Shown piece after piece: positions 27,551 to 37,677 of a stretch of DNA of 64,000 bases. A model generated the notes under the pieces. The model saw nothing but the letters and a program-made list of their open reading frames with translations. It was not told where the DNA came from and ran no database searches. The translations under genes and the position numbers were made by a program. Position 1 is the first letter of the stretch. The number at the start of each line of letters is the position of its first letter. Where the stretch lies: the NCBI GenBank assembly GCA_963775935.1, contig CAVZKR010000005.1, positions 209,211-273,210 of the forward strand, given 5' to 3'. Origin of the DNA: an uncultured Chloroflexia bacterium (GTDB lineage: Bacteria; Chloroflexota; Dehalococcoidia; GIF9; UBA5629).

Positions 27551-27898
27551 ATGAATATCTACGTAGGCAACTTATCACTTGAGTTGACTGAGGATGAACT
27601 GCGGCAAGAATTCTCGGTTTTCGGACAGGTGGAATCTGTAACTATCATGAACGACAGGGACATCGGCAGCGGACAACCGTGTGGATATGGTTTTGTAGAA
27701 ATGACGTTGAAGTCGGAAGGCAGTACAGCGGTTACCAGTCTTAGAGGTAAAACAATCAAAGGACGGATTATTGAAGTTGTTGAATCCCTTTGTGTTTCAG
27801 GTCGTACAGAAAGAGAGTCCCTCGATACCAGAAGAGGTAACCGTTTTAATAGAATAAAACAGCGAAGTATCAGGAGTAAGTTCCATCGCTTACCATAA
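27551..27898 (+). CDS. RNA-binding protein with RRM domain
   Basis: RNP motifs MNIYVGNL and GYGFVEM. Start set at the ATG at 27551. Confidence 0.85.
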   Translation: MNIYVGNLSLELTEDELRQEFSVFGQVESVTIMNDRDIGSGQPCGYGFVEMTLKSEGSTAVTSLRGKTIKGRIIEVVESLCVSGRTERESLDTRRGNRFNRIKQRSIRSKFHRLP

Positions 27899-27941
27899 AT
27901 TGAGCATACAATACTTTATATTACACTACTAAGGAGTCTTA

Positions 27942-29189
27942 ATGAGTTTTGAAATCTTTAATCTTCATCCGAGCATTATGTCCGGCGTGCGGGCGCTTGG
28001 ATATACGAAACCCACACCTATCCAGGTTCAATCGATCCCTCCAATTATGAATGGCCGTGATATCATCGGCCTCGCCCAGACTGGAACCGGTAAAACTGCC
28101 GCTTTCGTACTGCCACTATTGCAACGTCTGCTGAAGGGACAGAGGGGGCAGCTCCGTGCCCTTATCATTTCTCCCACGCGCGAGCTGGCTGAGCAAACGT
28201 GCGAGGTTATTAGTAAATTGGGTCAGCAAACTGGACTGCGGAGTATCGCTGTTTACGGTGGGGTGAGCATGGATCAACAAATCAGGGGACTTCGTAATGG
28301 GAGCGAAATAGCTGTTGCCTGTCCAGGCCGCCTGCTCGACCACATCTGGAGGGGCACTATCGATGTGTCACATCTGGAAGTTCTTGTAATCGACGAGGCG
28401 GACCGAATGTTTGACATGGGCTTTCTGCCTGACATTCGGCGTATTTTGAAATGCCTGCTCAATAAGCGACAAACACTCCTTTTCTCAGCTACTATGCCTG
28501 ATGATATTCGTCATCTGGTGCAGGATGTCCTGAACAATCCAGTCACGGTGCAAATCGGACGCGCTGCACCGGCAACCACGGTATCGCATACGCTGTACCC
28601 TGTGAAACAACATCTCAAAACTGCGCTGCTGATAGAAGTCCTGCGCCATACTAAAACGGAGTCGGTACTTGTTTTTACCCGTACTAAACATCGCACTGAA
28701 CGCGTCACACAGCAGCTAAAAAAAGCTGGCTTAAAGGCAATTTCACTGCAGGGTAATCTGTCCCAAAACAGGAGACAGGCTGCATTGGATGGTTTCCGTG
28801 ATGGCTCATATAAAATCCTGGTGGCAACTGACATTGCCGCCCGTGGTATCGATGTGCTGCATATTTCGCACGTTATTAATTACGATGTACCCGAGAGCAC
28901 GGATGCCTACACTCATCGCATCGGCCGTACGGGACGGGTTGATAAAAACGGTGATGCATTGACATTTGTGACAAGTGCGGACACAGCTATGGTACAGTCT
29001 CTTGAGTTTATTCTCAAGACAAAATTGGAGCGACGAACGCTGCAAGGCTTTGATTATACGGCATCTCCTACTACGCCGGATACCCACTATGTCCGCTCTC
29101 CTCGTCAATCACAACAACGTATAGTTAGACACGGGCGGATTGGTAGCAATAGAACAAAATATGCAGCACAAAGTGCCTCTAAAAATTGA
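27942..29189 (+). CDS. DEAD-box ATP-dependent RNA helicase (RhlE-like)
   Basis: Q motif (PTPIQ), AQTGTGKT, PTRELA, DEAD, SAT and HRIGRTGR motifs are all present. Confidence 0.9.
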   Translation: MSFEIFNLHPSIMSGVRALGYTKPTPIQVQSIPPIMNGRDIIGLAQTGTGKTAAFVLPLLQRLLKGQRGQLRALIISPTRELAEQTCEVISKLGQQTGLRSIAVYGGVSMDQQIRGLRNGSEIAVACPGRLLDHIWRGTIDVSHLEVLVIDEADRMFDMGFLPDIRRILKCLLNKRQTLLFSATMPDDIRHLVQDVLNNPVTVQIGRAAPATTVSHTLYPVKQHLKTALLIEVLRHTKTESVLVFTRTKHRTERVTQQLKKAGLKAISLQGNLSQNRRQAALDGFRDGSYKILVATDIAARGIDVLHISHVINYDVPESTDAYTHRIGRTGRVDKNGDALTFVTSADTAMVQSLEFILKTKLERRTLQGFDYTASPTTPDTHYVRSPRQSQQRIVRHGRIGSNRTKYAAQSASKN

Positions 29190-29275
29190 CCTGCCTTCAA
29201 TAATTGTGTTTGTATGGTTCTTCAAAGCTCCAAAATAGATAAGAGAGGCTGGTATCAAATCAGCGAAATACCAGT

Positions 29276-30688
29276 TTATTCCAGATAATCTTTTAGCTTG
29301 CGGCTGCGGCTGGGGTGGCGTAACTTGCGCAGCGCTTTAGCTTCAATCTGGCGAATTCTTTCCCTTGTTACGTGAAACTCACTACCCACCTCTTCCAGCG
29401 TCATTGGTCGCTCATTTTCCAAGCCGAACCTGAGAGTAACCACTCTCCTCTCCCGGTCACTAAGCTCAGAAAGCACTTTGCTCAACTGGTCTTTAAGCAA
29501 TCCTCTTGAGGCAGCTTCAGATGGCGGTAGACTGGTTTGATCTTCAATGAAGTCAACAAGGCGGCTGTCTTCTTCTTCTCCAACCGGAGTCTCCAGAGAT
29601 AGAGGATGCCTTGATAATTTTCGGATTTCAGATACCTTCTCCGAAGAAATAGCCAGTGCCTCACCTATCTCTTCATTACTTGGCTCATATCCGTATTCCT
29701 GCGCCAACTGGTAATTGGTTCGTTTTAGCTTGTTAATAGCATCTATCATGTGCACCGGGATACGAATAGTTCGGGCCTGGTCAGCTATTGCCCTGGTAAC
29801 AGCTTGCCTGATCCACCATGTGGCATACGTACTGAATTTATATCCTTTTCTGTGTTCAAACTTCTCCACGGCGCGGACTAAACCAATATTTCCTTCCTGG
29901 ATTAGATCAAGCAGTGGCATGTAACTCGAACCGTATTTTTTCGCCACGCTGACCACCAATCGTAAATTTGCCTCGATAAGGTGTCTCTCAGATTGCCCCG
30001 CAATACTTTTTATATTTCTGGCATGGGTTCTATAATACTCGCTTGTGGATTGCAGCTTTACCAGAAACTCGGGATTAATGGGATCGGTCACCATCCGTTC
30101 GATTTCATCCCAAGAAGTTTTATCTCCGATAATATCGAATAACTTCGAGGGCAACAGGCGACTATAAATAGACAGGTCTATTAAATCTTGCCAAACTTTT
30201 AAAACGATTGTTTCATTATCTTCAGCAATAGATTCTATTAGTTCCTCTCCAATGACGCCATCAATAATCAATCTCAGTTTGGGGTTGCGAATCGTGCGGT
30301 TAAAACCATTCTCAGGGGCAAGTCCGAGTCGGTGGACAAGAGTGTTGATCACGTAACGGACTGTAACCAGGTGATGCAGTAAATAGAGCATAGCATGAGC
30401 CTCCGGAGACACCCCGTCGATGTGCTCAAAATGAAGGCTCTCGATCCTTTTCAAATAGCGACCTTCTTCTATTTTACTGGCCAATGTCTTCTCTTCCATA
30501 GCAGTGAGCAATGAGACTCTTCCAATTCCTCGGAGATATATATGAATCGGATCGTCAAGCGGATCATACACATCAGGGATAAAATGAGGCACGGCCGTAG
30601 ATTTGACTGCACCTGCTGGCAAATCTGTTTTTCCTCTGGCAAGGTCAGTGGATTCCTGTTTGTCTGTGCGTATCATATTGCTTTTCAT
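29276..30688 (-). CDS. rpoD: RNA polymerase sigma factor RpoD (sigma-70)
   Basis: Regions 1.2 to 4.2 are present ([12 protein letters not shown]..., [45 protein letters not shown]). The start is uncertain (30688, 30676 or GTG 30745). Confidence 0.9.
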   Translation of the reverse strand: MKSNMIRTDKQESTDLARGKTDLPAGAVKSTAVPHFIPDVYDPLDDPIHIYLRGIGRVSLLTAMEEKTLASKIEEGRYLKRIESLHFEHIDGVSPEAHAMLYLLHHLVTVRYVINTLVHRLGLAPENGFNRTIRNPKLRLIIDGVIGEELIESIAEDNETIVLKVWQDLIDLSIYSRLLPSKLFDIIGDKTSWDEIERMVTDPINPEFLVKLQSTSEYYRTHARNIKSIAGQSERHLIEANLRLVVSVAKKYGSSYMPLLDLIQEGNIGLVRAVEKFEHRKGYKFSTYATWWIRQAVTRAIADQARTIRIPVHMIDAINKLKRTNYQLAQEYGYEPSNEEIGEALAISSEKVSEIRKLSRHPLSLETPVGEEEDSRLVDFIEDQTSLPPSEAASRGLLKDQLSKVLSELSDRERRVVTLRFGLENERPMTLEEVGSEFHVTRERIRQIEAKALRKLRHPSRSRKLKDYLE

Positions 30689-31294
30689 AGTGTCTGCAAC
30701 AATCAGCGGAGGAAGTAACAGCGAAATACAGAAGCTCGGCACCACCTCGTCTGTGTACAGTCTTCACAAGAGCAGACTCTGCTTAGCTTAGCCCCTATCG
30801 AAGCAACTCCTACAGCATACAGGCTGGAATTAAAGGGGTTCAAATGGTATCTTGGTGTTCTAACAACCCAACTTTATATGAATTAGTTGCGGAAAAGGGA
30901 ACTATTTCATATAAGTATGATGATCCAACTTGAAACTCTCCCCTATACTATAACCTATATTCACTTCTTTTACAAAGCAGACATGAGATTTTTGTATTGA
31001 ACGGAATCGTATAAAGACGAGTAAAAGGGAAAATTGGAAGGGCGCGTGCCCTTGCGTAAATTACGGCAAATTGCTACTATCATATCGGATAATTTGCTCG
31101 ATTCAAGAGGTATACGCGCTGTAAAATGCCATCTTAGCAAAGTAGTTCAACGATGCGCCTGCTTGTCATACCGTAGCCTTGCTGCTCGTTTCCTTTGCGT
31201 TATCGGTATGCAAATTGCAGGACAAGCCATGTTTAGTTTATTCAGGCATTCTACTTTGATGATTATGAGTTGAACATAGTGAAAGGAGTAGCCA

Positions 31295-33539
31295 ATGGCA
31301 GACAAATCCAGTGAAGTACAGGTATATAAGATGGGTGCCTGGTCGCCGGGACCGGGCTGTCATGGTGGTTGCGGGGTTAAGATATTCGTTAAGGATGGCA
31401 AGCTATTCAAGATAGAGGGAGATGAGAACCACCCCTATCTTCAGGGACGACTTTGCCCACGGGCTCTGGCGCTGAAACAGTATATCTATCATCCCGACCG
31501 CCTCAGGTACCCTTTGAAACGGGTAGGTGAGAGAGGCGAAGATAAGTGGCAGCGCATTTCCTGGAACGAAGCCTTCGATACTTGCGAGAGCAGGTTGCGG
31601 GAGATACGAGATAAATACGGCGCCGAGTCCATAGTCTTTGGTCAGGGCACTGGCCGTGACTCCGGCGGACCGATAATCTTCCTGGCATATGCGTATGGAA
31701 GCCCCAACTGGACTCTGTTCGGGCTATCGGGGATCGCCTGCTTCACTCCCAGATTAGCGGCAATGCATACTATTGAAGGTGATGCTACCTTCCCCGATGC
31801 CGCCCAATTCTTCCCTCTTCGCTACAATGACCCTGAATGGGTAGCGCCCAAATACCTAATTTCCTGGGCGAGAAACCTCCGCGGCAGCCAGTGCACCGAC
31901 CACTATTTCACCGGTCACTGGGTGGTAGATATGATGAAGCGTGGCACCAAGCTGATAGTTATTGACCCGGTATGTTCCTGGGAAGCAGCCAGAGCTGAGC
32001 TCTGGCTGCAAATCCGGCCGGGGACCGATGGCGCTCTGGCTATGGGCATGCTCAATGTTATCATCAATGAAAACCTCTATGATAAGGAATTCGTGGACAA
32101 ATGGACTCACGGCTTCGATAAGCTTAAGGAGAGAGTGCAGGAGTATCCTCCGTCAAAAGTTGCGGAGATTACCTGGGTACCAGAAGAAAAGATAATTAAG
32201 GCAGCACGTCTCTATGCTACCAATAAGCCGTCAGCTATTCGCTTCGGGCAGCCGCTCGATAGCAATGCTGAAGCCACCAGCGTTATCCATGCACTCAACT
32301 GCCTCTGGGCTATTACCGGTAATCTGGATGTGCCCGGTGGCAATGTTATCTGCTCGCCCCCCTTATGGTGTCACCATTTATCCCTATTCCACCCAGGAGG
32401 TCATCCAGCTCTACGGTCAGGAGTTTGTCACCAATCTGAATAAGAAACGTATTGGCGCGGACCGCTATCCACTGGTCAAAAACTTCCGAGCCTGGGCGTT
32501 GTCCGATATGGTCCTCGAACAGATGGAAACGGGAAAGCCCTATCCTATCAAAGGGCTGTGGTGCCAGACCAATAACTTTATGGCAAACACAGCACAGGAC
32601 CCAAGACGGCATTATGAAGCTGTCCGCAAGCTGGAGTTCAACGTGGTCGTTGATACCTTCATGACTCCCACGGCTCAAGCTATTGCCGATATGGTGCTGC
32701 CAGCAGCTTCGTTCCCGGAGAAGGACTCCGTTTTTACTACTGGCATCCCCCTCAATGCCATCTATAAGGTGTTAACGGTCGATGAATGTAAGTCGGATTG
32801 GGAAATCAATTTTGAACTGGCGAGGCGGCTTAGCCCCGATGCAGTACCCTGGAATAATGTCAGAGAGCTTTTTACTACCAGGCTCAAACCCTCAGGGCTG
32901 ACCTTTGAAGAGCTGTGTCAGAGCCCGTGGGCTCTGGCTCCCAAAGGTCATTCCAGCGGCACTGCACCCTATCGAAGATATGAAAAGGGATTATTGCGTC
33001 CTGATGGAAAACCGGGGTTCCGTACACCAACCGGTAAGATTGAACTCTACTCCACTGTTTTTGAAAGCTATGGGCTGGACCCGCTTCCCTATCACAAGGA
33101 ACCTGTTGAAAGCCCGGTAAAAACCCCTGAAATCTGGAAGGAATATCCGCTGATTTTGATAACGGGCAGACGCTGTGGAGTGTTTTTCCACAGCGAACAC
33201 CGTCAAATTCCATGGCTGCGCGAGATAGAGCCCGACCCGACTGTTGAGATGCACCCGGATACCGCAAAATCGCTGGGCATCGAAGATGGCGACTGGGTCT
33301 GGATTGAAGGTGTCAGAGGAAAATGTAAGAGGAAGGCTAAGCTTACTCGTGTCATGCACCCGAAGATGGTACATGCATTACACGGGTGGTGGCTGCCGGA
33401 AACCGATGGCAAAGCCCCCAATTTCTATGGAATCTGGGATTTAAACGTGAATCAACTTATACCTATGGGATGTCAGAGCTCTTCCGGCTTTGGCGGGGCG
33501 CCTACCAAGACCATGCTGTGCAAAATCTACAAGGTATAG
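31295..33539 (+). pseudogene. Acetylene-hydratase-like Mo/W bis-PGD enzyme, frameshifted as assembled
   Basis: ORFs 31295-32443 and 32214-33539 are the N- and C-terminal parts of one protein. Motifs INVIINENLYDKEFVDKW..GFDKLKERVQEYP..KVAEIT, FMTPTAQAIADMVLP and GKIELYSTVFESYGLDPLPYHKEP match recalled Pelobacter acetylenicus acetylene hydratase. Confidence 0.75.
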
Positions 33540-33677
33540 CACTTCTATTTGCCATGCCTGAAATGGTACAATAAGCATTCGTTTATTGTAGAAACGCCTA
33601 TTACCGCAGTTCATATAAGATATCGTCTTTTGGAGTGAGTTGATAGAGTCCAATAAGGCAAAAGGGGAGTTCAGGTA

Positions 33678-35069
33678 ATGGTTGACCAGCTAGAACAGAT
33701 AGAGAGAATTTTCCATCCCAGGTCAGCGGCTATTATAGGAGCCTCGAACAGGGAAGGAAGTTTCGGCCGTCTGTTTCTGGAAGGTTTTATGCGTATGGGT
33801 TTTAAAGAAATCTACCCGGTACATCCGCGCGAGAAAGAGCTGCTCGGCTTGAAGGCTTACCCCACTATAAAGGATATACCGCAAGAGGTAGACCTGGCGA
33901 TACTGCTTACGCCACCCAGTGAAGCATTGAAATTAGTCAAAGAATGTGCCGATAAGCATGTGAAAGGTATTTTGTTATTCAGCGCCGGTTTCCGCGAAAA
34001 AGGCGAAGAGGGCAAAAAGGCAGAGCTTGAGATTGCTCAAATTGTTCGGGACAGTGGCGCCCGGCTTGTCGGCCCCAATAGTAACGGCCTCTATTCCCCA
34101 TCAGCTCGCTTGCTTACTCTCCCCGGCTCGCAGACTGCCGGCGGTTTGCCTGTCGAAAGCGGGGCATTGAGCGTCTTTTCCCATAGCGGTTCTTTTAGCG
34201 ATTATCTCACCCAGGTCCTCATCGGCAAAAACATCAGGTTCAGTAAGGTAATTAGCTGTGGTAATGAAGCAGACCTCAGCGCCGTCGACTTCCTCGAATA
34301 CTTTGGAGCAGATAAAGAAACGAAAATAATCGCCGGATATCTTGAAGGTGTTAAGGACGGCAGAAGATTTTACCAGCTTGTAAAGACTATTTCCCGAGAG
34401 AAGCCTATCGTTATCTGGAAAGGCGGTAGTACGGAAATCGGCGCCAGAGCAGCTCTGGCCCATACCGGTTCCTTAGCCGGTTCCAAACTGGTCTGGGACG
34501 CCGTGTTCAAGCAGACTGGTGTCGTCAGCGTCAGTAGCTTCGAGGAGATGGTCGATTGTCTGTTAGCCTTCTCCTGGCTGCCGTTACCCAAAGGAAAGAG
34601 GGTGGCAATAATATCGGGTATGGGGGGAACTAACGTTGGCACGGCTGACAATTGCATCATGATGGGGCTTCAGATTGCCAGATTAAGCGAACAGACTACT
34701 GAGAAACTTACTAAAGTGCTACCTGCCTTTGGAACAGCAGTGGGTAATCCAGTGGATGTAGGTGTGGGGATGTTAATGACCCCGCAAATTTATGGTGACG
34801 TTATCAAAATATTGGCTGAGGATGAGAGTGTTGACATGCTGCTTGCCGTCACCGCGCCTGAGAGCCCGCTCAGCGTGAAAAGCATAGCCGACGCAGCCAA
34901 AGAAATACATAAACCTCTGGCCGTAGCGATATTCGACATACGGGGATTTGCAGAAGAGCAGACCCAGTTGCTGCTAAGCCAGCATATTCCCACGTATTCT
35001 GAAGCTAAAAGGGCTGCTATGGCATTATTCAAAATGGCTGATTACGCGGAACGTATGGCACAAGTTTGA
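33678..35069 (+). CDS. NDP-forming acyl-CoA synthetase, alpha-type protein (CoA-binding + ligase-CoA domains)
   Basis: FHPRSAAIIGASNREGSFG CoA-binding start and a phosphohistidine-loop-like ALAHTGSLAGS. 463 aa with no ATP-grasp domain. Confidence 0.8.
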   Translation: MVDQLEQIERIFHPRSAAIIGASNREGSFGRLFLEGFMRMGFKEIYPVHPREKELLGLKAYPTIKDIPQEVDLAILLTPPSEALKLVKECADKHVKGILLFSAGFREKGEEGKKAELEIAQIVRDSGARLVGPNSNGLYSPSARLLTLPGSQTAGGLPVESGALSVFSHSGSFSDYLTQVLIGKNIRFSKVISCGNEADLSAVDFLEYFGADKETKIIAGYLEGVKDGRRFYQLVKTISREKPIVIWKGGSTEIGARAALAHTGSLAGSKLVWDAVFKQTGVVSVSSFEEMVDCLLAFSWLPLPKGKRVAIISGMGGTNVGTADNCIMMGLQIARLSEQTTEKLTKVLPAFGTAVGNPVDVGVGMLMTPQIYGDVIKILAEDESVDMLLAVTAPESPLSVKSIADAAKEIHKPLAVAIFDIRGFAEEQTQLLLSQHIPTYSEAKRAAMALFKMADYAERMAQV

Positions 35070-35119
35070 AGCTAATGCTGGCATAAAATTAAGCAATAAT
35101 TTTTAGATAGGATGAGCAG

Positions 35120-36394
35120 ATGAAGAAAGAACAAGAAAATAAATCAGCCCTACCACACATTCGAGTCCTGGATTTAACTGAGGGTGGATGTATGCTCGGA
35201 GGCAGGATGTTCGGAGATATGGGAGCCGATGTCATTAAGATAGAGCCTCCCAGGGGAAGTCTTTCGCGCATTGCACCGTATTATAAGAACATCGCCGATC
35301 CCGAGAAAAGCCTCTTCTGGTTTGCCTATAACTCCAATAAAAGAGGCATTACCCTTGATATTACAAAGCCCGAAGGCCAGGAGCTATTTAAGAAACTAGC
35401 AAAAACTGCCGATGTTATCCTGGAGTCTTTCAGCCTGGGATATATGAACAAGTTGAAGCTGGGATATTCCGATATTTGCCAGATTAAACCGGATATCATT
35501 TATACCTCTATCACTCCCTTCGGCCAGAATGGTCCTAAGTCAAGCTACCATGCCAATGAACTCAGTCTCTGGGCGAGCGGAGGATTCCTGAATGCGTGTG
35601 GTGATCCTGACCGCGCTCCAGTCTGGATCGGTTACCCTCAGGCCATGTTTTTCGGTGGGGCTGAAGGAGCGATCGGTTCCATGACCGCCCTGTGGTATCG
35701 TCTGAATACCGGTGAAGGTCAGTTCGTGGATGTATCAATTCAGGAATCCACTATTTCATCGAATATGAATTCTTTACAGATGTGGGATGTGAATAAGGTG
35801 GAATTCCGCCGTGTCGGCGCTGTTTCGTTTGTGGCTGCTACCAGAGTGAAACAGCCGATATATTTTAAATGCAAGGATGGTTATATCATGATTCTGGCCC
35901 TGGGTGGTAACGACCCTTATACTACTTCTTCGGAACACCTTATTCAGTGGATGAAGGACGAAGGTATGTGTCCTGAATGGCTGGCTAAAGTAAACTGGTG
36001 GACCGATTATAACGCCGCTGTGCTGAAGCAGGATTTAGCCGATAAAGTCGGACAGGCTATCGAGGCATTTACGCTTACCAAGACGAAAGACGAACTCTAT
36101 GAAATTGGCGCTTTCGGCAAATACAAGCAAATACTGATAGCGCCGGTCTCCAGCACCAGGGATATCAGTGAAGATGTTCAGCTTAAAGGCCGCAACTTCT
36201 GGGTAAATCTGGAACATCCAGAACTGGGAACGACCTTGCCTTACTGCGGACCTTCTGTACGTATGAGTGAAACACCTATCGAATTCAACAGACGGGCTCC
36301 TTTAATCGGGGAACATAATAAAGAAATTTACATTGACGAATTAAGATTAAAAGAGATTGAATTGAAAACCTTGAAAGACAAGGCGATAATCTAA
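35120..36394 (+). CDS. Family III CoA-transferase (CaiB/BaiF)
   Basis: LPHIRVLDLTEGGCMLGGRMFGDMGADVIKIEPP is the typical N-terminal signature. 424 aa. Confidence 0.85.
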   Translation: MKKEQENKSALPHIRVLDLTEGGCMLGGRMFGDMGADVIKIEPPRGSLSRIAPYYKNIADPEKSLFWFAYNSNKRGITLDITKPEGQELFKKLAKTADVILESFSLGYMNKLKLGYSDICQIKPDIIYTSITPFGQNGPKSSYHANELSLWASGGFLNACGDPDRAPVWIGYPQAMFFGGAEGAIGSMTALWYRLNTGEGQFVDVSIQESTISSNMNSLQMWDVNKVEFRRVGAVSFVAATRVKQPIYFKCKDGYIMILALGGNDPYTTSSEHLIQWMKDEGMCPEWLAKVNWWTDYNAAVLKQDLADKVGQAIEAFTLTKTKDELYEIGAFGKYKQILIAPVSSTRDISEDVQLKGRNFWVNLEHPELGTTLPYCGPSVRMSETPIEFNRRAPLIGEHNKEIYIDELRLKEIELKTLKDKAII

Positions 36395-36407
36395 AATCGA
36401 GAGGATT

Positions 36408-37664
36408 ATGAAAATGGATAAAAAAGTATTTGAAGGAATAAAAGTAGCCGAGTTTGCCTGGGTAGTAGTGGGCCCCTCCACCTCCCGTTATCTGGCAGAC
36501 CACGGAGCTACTGTGGTAAAAGTCGAATCTCATAAACGATTGGATACCAACCGCGTCAACGGGCCTTTCATTGGTGGGGTACCCTCACCTGACGGCAGCA
36601 TGTTCTACGGCAAACATAACCCAAACAAATACTGCATTAGCATTGACCTGCAGAGCCCCGGCGGCAAGAAGCTGGCATGGAAGATGATTGAATGGGCGGA
36701 TATTGTTACCGAGTCTTTTTCTCCAGGAACCATGGAGAAATGGGGAATGGGTTATCAGGATATCAAAAAAGTCAGACCCGATGTCATTTATTTCAGCTCC
36801 AGCATGCAGGGTAGAGGGGGTCCCCATACTGCTTATGCTGGTTATGGTCAGAATGCCGTCAACTTTTGCGGTTTTTCTGAAGTTACCGGTTGGCCGGACC
36901 GGCTGCCTTCTCCACCCTATGGCGCTTATACCGATTATGTAAGCTGTCGCTTTGCTGCTTTTGCTATTATGGCAGCCCTGGAATACCGTCGCCGCACGGG
37001 CAAGGGACAGTATATAGACCAAAGCCAATTCGAGTCTTCTATTCAATTTTTCACACCACCCATTATGGATTACCAGATTAATGGCACGATACTGGGAAGA
37101 AACGGGAACCGTTTACCCACAGCTGCGCCGCATGGGGTTTATCAGTGCCAGGGTGATGATAACTGGGTGGCCTTAGGCGTGATGGATGAAGAACAATGGC
37201 CGAAATTCTGCCAGGCGATCGGCAATCCGGACTTAGCAGCACAAAAAAACTTCGCTAATTTGGAGCAAAGAAAAAAGAATGAGGATGCTCTGGATAAAAT
37301 AGTCGCCAATTGGACTCTCACGCACACCGCTGAAGAGGTAGAAGGTATATTGCAGAAAGCTGGTATACCTTCCAATGTAGTAGAGAAGCCTTCGGATATT
37401 TATAAAGACCCGCAACTGGAAAGCCGCCATTATTTTACCCCTATGGAGCATTCTTTCATGGGTTTGCAGAAATACGAAGCTCAGGCATGCTTTATTCTTT
37501 CTAAGACTCCACGCACTATCTCCATGCCTTCACCCTGCGTCGGTGAGCATAATGAATACGTCTTCAAGGAATTATTGAAGATGAGTGATGATGAGATTGC
37601 TGAACATATCATTGATGGTAGTATCACCACCGAAATGGAAGGCAAACTGACCACTTCTTTCTAA
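36408..37664 (+). CDS. Family III CoA-transferase (CaiB/BaiF), second paralogue
   Basis: FEGIKVAEFAWVVVGPSTSRYLADHGATVVKVES signature. 13 nt after the previous gene. Confidence 0.85.
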   Translation: MKMDKKVFEGIKVAEFAWVVVGPSTSRYLADHGATVVKVESHKRLDTNRVNGPFIGGVPSPDGSMFYGKHNPNKYCISIDLQSPGGKKLAWKMIEWADIVTESFSPGTMEKWGMGYQDIKKVRPDVIYFSSSMQGRGGPHTAYAGYGQNAVNFCGFSEVTGWPDRLPSPPYGAYTDYVSCRFAAFAIMAALEYRRRTGKGQYIDQSQFESSIQFFTPPIMDYQINGTILGRNGNRLPTAAPHGVYQCQGDDNWVALGVMDEEQWPKFCQAIGNPDLAAQKNFANLEQRKKNEDALDKIVANWTLTHTAEEVEGILQKAGIPSNVVEKPSDIYKDPQLESRHYFTPMEHSFMGLQKYEAQACFILSKTPRTISMPSPCVGEHNEYVFKELLKMSDDEIAEHIIDGSITTEMEGKLTTSF

Positions 37665-37677
37665 TAAGGAGAGCAAG

